Part shown: positions 12,797 to 23,234 of the stretch, piece after piece
How positions within the stretch are numbered: the stretch's first letter is position 1
Layout: each line of letters opens with the position of its first letter
DNA from: Klebsormidium nitens
Lineage: Eukaryota > Plantae > Klebsormidiophyceae
DNA length: 64,000 nucleotides
Direction: 5' to 3'
Assembly (NCBI GenBank): GCA_000708835.1
Contig: DF237178.1
Location: 62,001-126,000 of the forward strand
Translations under genes and position numbers: made by a program
The notes under the pieces: generated by a model
The model's database searches: none
What the model saw: the letters and a program-made list of their open reading frames with translations, nothing else
Told to the model about the DNA's origin: nothing

Positions 12797-15700
12797 TCAA
12801 TGGTGCGCCTCTGGTGTACCCGTGAAGAAAGAGCTGATACTAGTAACTCTTGTGTGCCCTAACAGCTGTGTGCCCTAAGGTTTGCAGACCCCGAGCACCC
12901 AAACTAAAAACCCTACGCCAAAAGCTTTCGCGCTCCGCACCCTAACCCACCCTAACCACCAAGCCAACCTAACCCGTTCCTTGGGCGCCTATCTTAAGGC
13001 ACACCGCGGTTAAGGCACACTAGAATTACCGGAGTAAAGAGCTGCTCACCCTTTCGGGAAGAGCCGCGACTGGGAGCGGCTGTAGATCTGCACCAGGGGC
13101 ATTTCCACAATGTTGTCCTGCGCTACATACCTGCAGAACACAAATCGACATAGAATTCAACCGAAACCGTCAAGCAAATTTGGCGTTTTGAGGTCAATTT
13201 GAATTTTGAGTGTTTTCGGGGCTAGTGTCTATCCTCGCGCTTCTTTCATCTCCATGCTAACTGCGAAGTCGGCGTAGGCTTTCTGTGCTATACAAAACAA
13301 TCCCTTTACCATCGAGCTAACTAGGATGCCAGGTCAGTGGGTTGCTTCCAGCCTTGTTGCGTGCCGATCGAGCCGATCGTACGCTGCGTGGCCACTTCTA
13401 GTGAACAGCAAGCTTAGTGTACAGTAAGCGTTTTGGGGTTACTAAAAACCCCTAACCCAAAAGATCACCCGCTGAGAAACCCGGACCCACCATAACCCCC
13501 TCACTAACCGTACCCGTCTCCGTTACTGTTCACTAGCTGTTACTGTTCACTACATCGATCGGCATCCACTTAACGTGATGAGACTACACAATCTGGCAGC
13601 TTGACGTGCCATGTGTCTTCGCCACGATACGCTCGAATAAAAAGGACCAACGGCACAGCGTGTCTAAGATCTTCAAGGAGCTTTACTGAGTAGCTACGAA
13701 CACAGCACTCGATCATGGAAAGCGAATTTGGCAATACGGGGACGCTTCGAGCAGCGGCCTTGTAATTCACCGAGAGAAACTCCGAAAAGCAGCCTGCCGG
13801 CACAAGCTGTTGCATAGCCACCATGTGGATATGAGCAGATCGTCTGCGACTGTTTCTGTGGGATTCGTCAGCGACAAGCTCAAGCGGCAGGGTCATTGCG
13901 GCGAGTGACCACGTGCAACTCACATCTCATTTCTTGGCTGCCCATCCGACTCGTCTGGTAGCACGTGGTAGAACACCTGGTTCGCTCCTGCACCCACGTC
14001 AAGAGAACACTCGGAATTAGTCTATGCTTCTTTTCCTTGGGACCGCTCTTGTTGAAAGCCCCTAGCCACCGATGTGCCCCTAGCCACTTCTCTGCTTTGT
14101 TTCATGCAACAGGAGATGTCGTTTCTAAGATGCAAAGATTCGATCCACAATTCGTGCAGCCTCCCTCACTATCCCCTTCAATCGTAGTCAGACCATTGCA
14201 TAAGTTCGTTGCGATTTGGCGCTTTCCTGAAATAAGTGTCATATCGCCTTCCCGAAATGATGACGAGTCAAGCTGAAAGTTTGAGCTCAAGGTGCGGCAA
14301 AATGCTAAACTCTTCAAGCAACCTCGAATTCGTTTACGATCTCATCCCCTGACTGCGCAACAAGAAGCAGGTCTTTCCCCAGATCAAATCAGACCGAGCA
14401 ATACTTTTGGGCAAGCTCAGTTGGCCACAGCACAGAAACTGCAAGACAAGGAACCCCGAAAAGGGCTCGAACCAAGAAAGTCTCATGAAGGCATTCCGAT
14501 GCTAACTTTACTAGAGCATAAAGACGAGAGCCGCACCATGTTCCAAATCATCCACGCGGTTCTTCTCCACCCAGCTCTTGGGTCTCTGGCAGGTTGGGTC
14601 CCAGCCGAATATGAGGCCCTTGTACCCGTAACGCCGGTGCTGGATCACCGTACCAACCTGGTGCCTTGCTACCGAGCTGTCTAACCGTTCTTCCCGCCTG
14701 CAGATACAGGAAAGGGATGAGCCTGATAGAAAACCCAGTTGTCTCTTTTGAATAAGTGGCGACGAACCAAAGGTAGTTGTGTTGAGTATCCCTTTTAGAG
14801 AGAAGAAAAAAGGCATTGGGGTCATGGCCAGCACCTGCTGCCATTTTACACGAGACGCAAGAACCTGGAAGAACCTAGAAGGCCGGCATACGACGGGCCT
14901 GTGAATGACGCGAAGCAAACGAGAGAAACTTGCACAACACGACACACGCAGCGCTTTTCTCCAAGCAGAAGTGCCTCTTACTGCTTTTTACATACAAGAC
15001 ACACTACAGTGTCCACAGGGGCATGAAACTCACAGCGAAACAACCGCCCGAAGGGCGTTGAAGACACGCAAGGCCTCCAGGCCCCGGTCAATTGCAGTTA
15101 CTATGGTGGGGCTGCCGGCCGGCAGGTCCTGAGACTGCCGGAAACTCGAGCGGATAAGATCCATGGCTCCTGCATCATACCAACTAAGAAGCAGATTAAA
15201 ATACGTCGTAGAAAACTCTCACTTCATAATCCTCTAGGATCAATAAGAAAGTTCAAGTTACATCAAACTGAAGCTCACAATAAAAACTTAAACCCAAACA
15301 TCTGTCCGCTCCGCACCCATGCCCACGCTTAATCCCTCTGATAACCGGCCCGTAACTTTATTCGAGCTTCTCAAAAGCAATCCAAAGACCAGTTCTCAAA
15401 GCCCCTCTAAGGATATGGTGCAAGCTACATGCCCAGCTTTGAAGAATGTGTCCAAAGAGAAGCAAGTGAAAAACTAGAACCAAGTCGATGGCAGGCTAGC
15501 GCACCAAGTTGTGTCGTCGACGATGCTTTGCTTTGGTCCAGCCAAATACACAGAACTGCCCTGATTGATAGGGCATCACTAGGCAATTACTGCCTCACCT
15601 TTTGCGTCCGCGGTGGCAAATTTGGCGCAGTGACCAACGTCGTTGACGCCGCACAGAGTCGCTGTGACAAGCAAACAGCGCCAGTCAGGCGCTCAACTCC

Positions 15701-15989
15701 TGTAAGCACGTTGACTCGCTTTCCAGCAGCAAATCAGGAGTTGACCTTCTCAGAGGCAGGGACAGGAACTTCGGCAGAAGGTCTCAGCTGTAACACATAG
15801 TGCGCCCTTGCAGGGGTCTCGGGAATTATTCAAGACTATAGCAAAATGCTGAGAATGTTGTAAGATTGTCTCACCTTTGAATGAAGGGGGGACAACATGG
15901 GTCCATGCATGCCGCAGCGATGCGGACTTTGTGTATGCGAGCAAACTTCGATACAGACCCAGCACCACCGACCGCTCAGACATGGCCAT
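12797..15989 (-). CDS. Hemimethylated-DNA-binding YccV/HspQ-domain protein (~217 aa) with LYR-like N-terminus
   Basis: Phase-consistent exons 15989-15875, 15699-15599, 15128-15034, 14697-14537, 13987-13924, 13130-13050, 12833-12797. YccV motifs: HQVGTVIQHRRYGYKGLIFGWDP, QVFYHVLPD, YVAQDNI. The last exon is uncertain; the CDS could instead end at FPKG* near 13046. Confidence 0.85.
12828..13044. mobile_element. MITE-like foldback element, copy 1
   Basis: 37-bp imperfect inverted arms 12843-12879 and 12993-13029, each with two gtgtgccYtaa units; shared core 12903-12975; 9-bp direct repeat aaagagctg at 12828-12836 and 13036-13044, each 6 nt outside the arms. Confidence 0.7.
13362..13564. mobile_element. 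MITE-like foldback element, copy 2
   Basis: Doubled inverted arms tagtgaacagcaagcttagtgtacagtaag (13399-13428) and gttactgttcactagctgttactgttcacta (13522-13552); outer 10-bp inverted match tgccgatcga; shared core 13441-13515. Confidence 0.6.
15231..15414. mobile_element. MITE-like foldback element, decayed copy 3
   Basis: Core 15279-15352 has an exact cgctccgcaccc match to copy 1; weak inverted arms gaagctc..aataaa / tttattcgagcttc; imperfect direct repeat cctcta(a)ggat at 15231 and 15404. Confidence 0.45.
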
Positions 15990-16666
15990 TTCAAAACCCT
16001 TGCTCAGCCACAGCTCCAAAGCTCCCAGCTCCCAAGCTCAATGAGTCAAGCTCTGAGCTGCTTCCCTTGCCTTTGATAGAGATGTTGCGCTTGTCGCCAA
16101 TTCTCTCGCTTGGCCCCAATGCTGCATGCTGTGCAAGAGAAACGTTTTCAAGACATGAGAAAATGTGGTTCACTAGTTTCGACAGTCCTCTTATGGCGTG
16201 AGCCATCCATCAACATATAAACTTAGTAGTGTCTTAATATTTGCGCAATATTATGCATATAATAAGCATCAGGACTCAGGAGGCGAGTCGCAAGTTGCAA
16301 CCTCGAGTTATCAGCCTTCACATGACTGATACCTATCTCTGCCTCTAACGCAACGTCGTATATCAGAGTTTTTCCGACCTACAGGCTCTGGAAAAACGGC
16401 CTGATATCTCCACTTCTCGTTAGAGCAATCCCCCTTGGTTCGGCTCCACTTTTGTGCAAGCTGCAAGATTCAAAAAGAAGAGAATGTGCAAGCCGGAACT
16501 TGCACCAGCTTGAAGTTGCAGAACATGCTGCGACACTAAATTGACTAATTGAGCAGGTTCTGAAGCCTCTTACAGATTCCAAAGCATAGGAGCGATTGGC
16601 GCAAAGTCCTTGTTACATCAAACCCAAGCTCATTTGGTGCAGCTGTGTTTCTTAGCACGTTTAGCC
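15990..16666. promoter_or_regulatory. Probable bidirectional promoter/5'UTR region between the YccV gene (-) and G6PD (+)
   Basis: Head-to-head start codons 677 nt apart, with an AT-rich patch near 16230-16270. Inferred from arrangement only. Confidence 0.45.
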
Positions 16667-19600
16667 ATGGCGTTAGTTAATGCGGTGCGCCATCCCCTTC
16701 GTTTCAGAACCACATGTTTCAGCTGCACAATTCGTGGAGCACATGAGGTAGAGTTCCTTCCAAGTGTCAGAATTGGCAGACGCCTGCGTGAGCATAACCG
16801 ATTGACACCACCACCTTGGCCTTGCTCGGCCCGCCTCTTCTCCACCTTTCCAAAGCTCGAACAGACAAGGCAAAGCAAGAAAGACATTTGCAGAGGCGCA
16901 GCGATTGCAAGGGCTGCAACAAAAACGGCGCAGAAGACAGAAACAGCAGAAACTGCGAAAGAAGGTGAAGTGGCGTCATGCAGGGATGCATTAGCGGATT
17001 AAAATTGCTGGTTGGTCATTTAACAAGGAGAAGACAGACTCTATCAACTTACTGGTGTGTTGTCATGAATGCTCGCCATACATATGATTTAGACGTTGGC
17101 AGCTCAGGGTCATTTTAATGATTTGAGGCCAGAGCCAGCAAGAAGTTTTCTTTGAGTGCAGGTGAAAGACAAATTGGTGCGATCATTCAATGAGTGCATT
17201 TATCATTTAGCCTCTCTACAACAAACCCCTTGGTGCTAAAGTTGATTCACTAAGCTGCTTCAGATGAGTGTTGAATGGGTACCTTACAAAACAGTGCCCA
17301 TCAAAAACCCTTTCAATGTACTCAACTTGTATCTCAAATAGACATCAAACAGATTGACTTGATGACAATGTAGTTTTGACGTCCTGACTTCTTTTTGGAA
17401 TACCCGAAAAGGCTCTCGATGCATCCACTTGGACGTCCGCTTGGGATGCCCAAGTCAAATGTGGCCCAATCTCAAGTCGTAACTAAAGCTTAGTTTGAAG
17501 CAATATGCTGCCCCGTCGCTCTGCATTCTTAAGGACAGCTCCTCTTCCTGTTTCTTTTCTTTTGTTTCTATAGTCCTCTCTTAATTCTCTCTCTATCCCT
17601 TTCCTATGCAGCTCACAAACTCACGCCCCTTCCACCAAAGTCACCGCTTACACAACTTATTCTCTTTGCTTTCTCAAGACGTTCTGCAGATTTTCTATGT
17701 ACAACCCGTCTTCCTTGTTAACAACGCGCAAAGCAGGTGTCTTCAGCCAGGTGCTCAGCTTCAAAAGTCCAATCCAATAAGTAATACAATTGGACCGCCG
17801 AAGTCCTTCTGTTTGGAAAAGGGAATACAAGGGATACAAGAAGAATGGCCTCCTTCTGATTCCAGATGCTGGTTGCTTGACCGAAGACGACGAAGCCGAG
17901 CCTCAAGATGGCAATGGAGCCAGCCTACAAGTTGAAGACGTCGAGTTGCCCCCAGAAAACGACTCTGATACCGCGGCAGTCAGCTTCACAGTTGTGGGAG
18001 CGACAGGCCACCTTGCAACCCAGGAAATCTTTCCAGCTCTCTTTGCCCTCTACTACAAGGGCTGCTTGCCCAAGGTTGGTTTCTGATCCTGGCTGCAAGG
18101 CTCTGGTTCTGACTGGATACTCCCTAGCTGGAAGTGAAATCTTTGTAGGCATCCTTTGGTTGTACTTGAGGTTGAGCAACTGAGAATTGGTCAATCAGGA
18201 GGGAAATCCTGAAGGTCTAGATTCGAAGTGTCATTGTTGCGCTTTTGGTTGTCGGTTGGTTGCTGGTGACATGCCACAGTCGCTGGTCAGATGTGTCAGC
18301 TGACTTTGGAAGAAGCTGAGAAAAAGCTTAGAAGATTCGATGATAGACAATGCATTTGACGTCGCACACGTTTCAACGCTCTATGTGCACTTAACTCATC
18401 TATGTAAAGAGATGAGTCCAAATGCTTCTTGAGAACAACTTCTGACTGACACACCCTTGTCTCAATGTGCAGAACTTCTTCATTTTCGGCTATGCTCGAA
18501 GCGAAAGCAACGACAAGCAGTTCCGTGAGCTCATTCTGACCAACCTGAACTGCCGGCTGAGCGCAGGGTGAGCTCCGACTCTATCGCTTCCCTTCCCACT
18601 CAGCTGGTTCTTTTTCAAGCTGCTGAAGCCAACGTTAAGTGGTGGGCTTCTTGGAGACAAGCTGAGATTTTATCACCTTTTCTTTCTTGCCCACTTTCTC
18701 CTTTGACCAAACCAGATGAACCTGTCAGAATCATCGAAACCGGGTGCCCCCAGCCACCTCTCAAAGCCCTTTTTCCCAAAACGTCAGACTGTACTTCACT
18801 CTGACCTAGTTCCTAACCTTCTTTTGGAACGTAGTGGCCCCAGCAGACTGCTCCGAAACATAACCATCCCAATCACCAACCCATTCCGCCTAACCATGTG
18901 ACTAACCCATGCTTTCAGGACCAAGTGCCCCCAGCAGATGGACAGCTTCCTCAAGCGCTGCTTCTACGAGCAAGGCTACTACGACACGTGCACCGGCATG
19001 GCCAAGCTCGACAAGCGCATGAAACAGCTCGAGGGAGAGCGCGTCGGCAACCGGGTCTTCTATCTTTCCGTGCCCCCGGACGTGGTCGTGGATGTCGCCA
19101 CGTGTCTGAGCGTGACGGCGCCGAGCCGCACGGGGTGGACACGTGTCATTGTGGAGAAACCGTTTGGGGCGAGCGGGGATTCCTCCAAGGCCATCACGCA
19201 GGGGCTGCAGGAGGCCCTGTCCGAGGAGCAGATCTACAGGTGGGCTGCTAGTGAACACAGGGAACGGACCGTTGTTGGAGCGACAGGGCCTCCGAGTCAG
19301 TGGTCTGTCTAAAGGCGCCGCTCTGGTCGGATTGTTGGACTTTACTTACAGTATTTGTTGCTTTTTCTTTCCAACTGAGACAGTGTCCGTTAAATGATGC
19401 CACACTGCGCAAGGAGTTCAAAGTACAGAAGAAGGTCTGTCTCCACCTTGTAGATACCTGTGGTGAGAATCTGAACCGCGCCAAGAGTGCGACTCGGACG
19501 TCACCTGCTTTTCGTTAACCCACGGTTTGATTTCATTCACAGTCTGGACTGCCCTGCAGGATTGATCACTTCCTAGGCAAGGAGCTGATCGACAATCTGA

Positions 19601-22600
19601 CGGTGCTGCGCTTTGCGAACTTGATCTTTGAGCCGCTCTGGTGCCGAGACTACATCAAAAACGTGCAAGTAAGTTGCAACCACGTCGCTGATGGTTGCTC
19701 CGATCGGGATGCTTGTCCCGATTCTTCTGTCTGTTTGGAAGACTTCGTCGATGTTTTACCCAAGAACGTCCTAGAACGAGCTTCTGTATGCAATGTTGCA
19801 ATAGACAATCTTGGACCGTCGGTCGGATCCATGTATGCTCCGACTCCTTACGTACTTCGAAGACGTCTTGGCAACGGTGGTTTCTAAATGCAAGCAGGAA
19901 AAAGGCGAGCGGACTATTGCGGATGGCGTATACACGAGGAGAGGGTACATCGAGCTGCATATAAGAAATTGCTTCAAGCTAGAGGAGGAACTAGAGCGAC
20001 CTTCTTCTCTGCAGATCGTGTTCACAGAGGACAGCGGCGTGGACGCGCGCGGGAAGCACCTGAACCAGTACGGCATCATCCGCGACATCGTGCAGAGCCA
20101 CGTGCTGCAGGTGCTCGCGCTTTTCGCTATGGAGCAGCCCGTCAGCCTCTCCGCAGAAGACATCCGGGATGAAAAGGTCGGTCAACGTAAACCCTAAACA
20201 TTAAGTCGAACGTAATCTTGGAGTTAAGAGAGAATAGGTCTTTTCTTCGTCCTACTTGCAATCAAGATCGGCCCTTGCCTCTTCCCATGGCAGTATCTGC
20301 TACCAGTCCGCGAATTCTGAGCATTTCCTCCAAGGGTTCTGGGTCAGAACATGCGCGAAAGTGGGTTCTGAGGGTTGCAGTTCCTTAAAGCTCTGGTGTA
20401 TGACACCGGTTCTTTAGCTTCTCCGCCTGTAGAAAGACAAGGTTCCCAAGAAGGTGGGGGTTCCGGGACGAAAAGGTCGGTCAACGTAAACCCTAAACAT
20501 TAAGTCGAACGTAATCTTGGAGTTAAGAGAGAATAGGTCTTTTCTTCGTCCTACTTGCAATCAAGATCGGCCCTTGCCTCTTCCCATGGCAGTATCTGCT
20601 ACCAGTCCGCGAATTCTGAGCATTTCCTCCAAGGGTTCTGGGTCAGAACATGCGCGAAAGTGGGTTCTGAGGGTTGCAGTTCCTTAAAGCTCTGGTGTAT
20701 GACACCGGTTCTTTAGCTTCTCCGCCTGTAGAAAGACAAGGTTCCCAAGAAGGTGGGGGTTCCGGTCTTTCTGCAAGCATGATGTCTTGTTCCGCTTTCT
20801 TCGAGCTGGGGGTTCCAGATCTCTCAACTCGATGCTCAACTGTCTCTCCAAAATCCTTCAACTCAGCTTGTTAAAAGCCCAGTGTGAGAAAGGAATAATC
20901 TCAAGCTTCCATTCCTGGGGCCCTATTCAGGTCAAGGTGCTTAAGTCGCTGCGGCGGCCCACGCTGGACGAGGTCGCCCTGGGCCAGTACAAGGCCCGCA
21001 CGAACAAGAGCGGCGACATCCTCGACCCGGGATACCTGGACGAACCGGACGTCCCAGCCAACAGCCTGGCGCCCACGTTCGCAGCAATGGCGTTCTACAT
21101 CGACAATGCGAGGTGGCTTTCACATATAGCATGTAGCATGTAGCAAGTAGCATGTAGCATACATAGCATATAGCGTGTGGCACATTTCTTATCGCATGCA
21201 CTCTTTGTTGGGAATACAACAATAAGAAAGGCTTGGAAGGACCGGCTTGGAAGGACCGAGGATTGACGAAAGCAAGAGTCATCATCATTGTTCACTCTGT
21301 TCGTGCACCGCGCGATTCATTGACGACGCATCTCCTTGGCCAGATTGGAGTTTCTGTGGTTGAGCAAGTTCGGGATATTGGTGCTCCCAACATGTAAGAC
21401 AAGCATGTTTTGCTGACATGAGGTTCTTCTTGTCCTTTCAGGTGGGACGGAGTCCCGTTCCTGGTCAAGACCGGGCAGGCCATGCGCAACCAGAGGTGCG
21501 TCTCTTCGCATATGATGTACTCTTTCCGGGTCGCTTTCCCGATGGTTCTGGTGCTGTGGCAACTGGCCGCGATCTCAAAAGCTGGAGAGTCCGGAGGTCG
21601 GAGTCGTTTTCACACTGGACGGCCTCCCTCGGACGGTCCGAGGCCACTTTGGTGCGTGCACGCTCTTGCAGAAAGGAAGATGTCGTGAGGACATGGAGAG
21701 ATCCTGCTTTTAAAAGTGCACAGAGACAGCAGCGCACAGAGGGAGGAAACTGAGATTGCCTCGGCGCACTTGAGCGCGCTCAAATCTACCCAATCCTTAG
21801 CCCTGTGAACCTCCATCAGTCTTTCACTGTCAGCGTCTGAAAGCTGTTACGGCTTGGACCTGTCGAGTCTGGCTGAACACAAATATTAGACAAACAGAAT
21901 AGTCAGCATGACAATCTGGATTCATCTATGTTTCCTCACTCTGACCATGCAAATCAAACCGGGCAGGAACGAGATTCGGATCCAGTTCAAGGGCGTGCCC
22001 GGTAATTTGTACCGGGAGCATTTGGGGTACAACACCGAGCAGCAGGCGAACGAGCTGGTCATCCGGGTGCAGCCGGACGAGGCCATCTACCTCACCATCA
22101 ACAACAAGGTGCCCGGGCTGGGAGTCAAGCTGGACCAGAGCCGGCTTAACCTGCTCTACCGGCAAGAGTAAGCGTTCGCAAAGCCGAAAACTTTGCATCT
22201 TTCCTTGATGTACCAGATTCTGCTATACCGGCAGACTGAGCACTCACAAACGACACCCTTCGAAGTACTTTCACGTGTACGCTGTATGGTTCGAACCAAG
22301 AGGTATGTTCAATTGAGTCGGTCCTCGCGTATGGACGCTGTTGAATTTGCGAGGAGTTCAGGTGTCGTTGGGAACGCTTCATTTGAGAGTCCGTTCTACT
22401 TGCGATCAGACGCTTTTCAACCAAAGACCTCATACCGAAAGAGCCATGTTGCGTTTTTGGGACCTGAAGCCCCTGAAACTGTGTACATAATAAGGATTCC
22501 CTGCAGTGCTTGTCTTCTTCGCGAGTTGCCGCCCTTTCGGTGTTCGATTTGCCGAGCTGCTGATCACGGCTGTGCTCCCCTCGTCGCTGGGCAGGGTTGT

Positions 22601-23141
22601 TATCCATTTCAAAGAAAACCCGAGAGCAGTCGTAACTCGCAGTCGTAACTCCTTGTTTGAAGGTCCTTAAGCGCAAGTCCTAACCAGTGCGTGATTCCTC
22701 AACAGCCAGGCATCAACCAGATTACACTTTCAAAGGAGCATATTTAACCCTGCTCAATCCAAGTGTCACGTTCAAGAGCAAAACTCAACCTTGCTTAACC
22801 CAAGACGTCACTCTCGAGAACGAAACCTAACCCTGCTTAACCCCCTAAGAACCAGTCACGTAACCCGTGCCTAACCCCGGGCCCCCAGGTACAACAACGA
22901 CGACATCCCGGACTCGTACGAGCGCCTGCTGCTGGACGTCATCAACGGCGACAAGCGGCTCTTCATCCGGGCGGACGAACTGGCCGCCGCGTGGGAGGTT
23001 CTGGACCCGGTTCTGCGGGAGATCGACGACCGGGGGATGGTCCCCGAGCTCTACACCTACGGCAGCCGGGGCCCCATCGGGGCGTACTACTTGGCGGCCA
23101 AGCAGGGCGGGGTGCGGTGGGCGGACCTGGACGATTTGTAA
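16667..23141 (+). CDS. G6PD4: Plastid glucose-6-phosphate dehydrogenase homologue, P0/G6PD4-like (probably catalytically impaired)
   Basis: Phase-consistent exons 16667-16964, 17866-18074, 18473-18567, 18919-19239, 19560-19668, 20015-20176, 20931-21112, 21442-21495, 21967-22167, 22889-23141. Transit-peptide-like N-terminus, [41 protein letters not shown]. The G6PD family call is firm; G6PD4 orthology rests on recalled motif similarity. Confidence 0.93.
20163..20766 (+). repeat. Near-perfect 299-bp tandem duplication including the G6PD exon 6 donor site
   Basis: 20163-20461 repeats at 20462-20760, with tccgg microhomology at the junctions; the only difference seen is gat/gac next to the junction. 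Confidence 0.97.
21127..21177 (+). repeat. Imperfect 7-bp microsatellite (TAGCATG)n, about 7 units, in a G6PD intron
   Basis: tagcatg tagcatg tagcaag tagcatg tagcata ca tagcata tagcgtg. Confidence 0.85.
22715..22880 (+). repeat. Three to four degenerate ~45-50 bp tandem units upstream of the last G6PD acceptor
   Basis: Recurring aaccYtgctYaaYcc ... gtcac units rich in branch-point-like ctaac/ttaac. Confidence 0.55.
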
Positions 23142-23204
23142 GCGTTCGGGGGGGTGGCAGGGGTGCTTAAAGTTCCTGGGAAGAAGTAGGAATGGCAGTC
23201 GGAA

Positions 23205-23234
23205 GGTGCCGTGGGCGGGCCTGGACGATTGTAA
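23205..23234 (+). repeat. Echo of the last G6PD codons and stop codon in the 3'UTR
   Basis: ggtgccgtgggcgggcctggacgattgtaa versus CDS end 23111-23141 ggtgcggtgggcggacctggacgatttgtaa. Confidence 0.8.

Noticed and set aside
19811-20014. Open frame in G6PD intron 5 running into exon 6
   Set aside because: No G6PD similarity, and the flanking exons already join in phase; most likely chance.
20185-20200. taaaccctaaac and other ctaacc/aaaccct runs as telomerase-RNA template or interstitial telomere
   Set aside because: At most two units, intronic, with no Pol III promoter context; explained by branch-point-rich intron composition or the foldback core.
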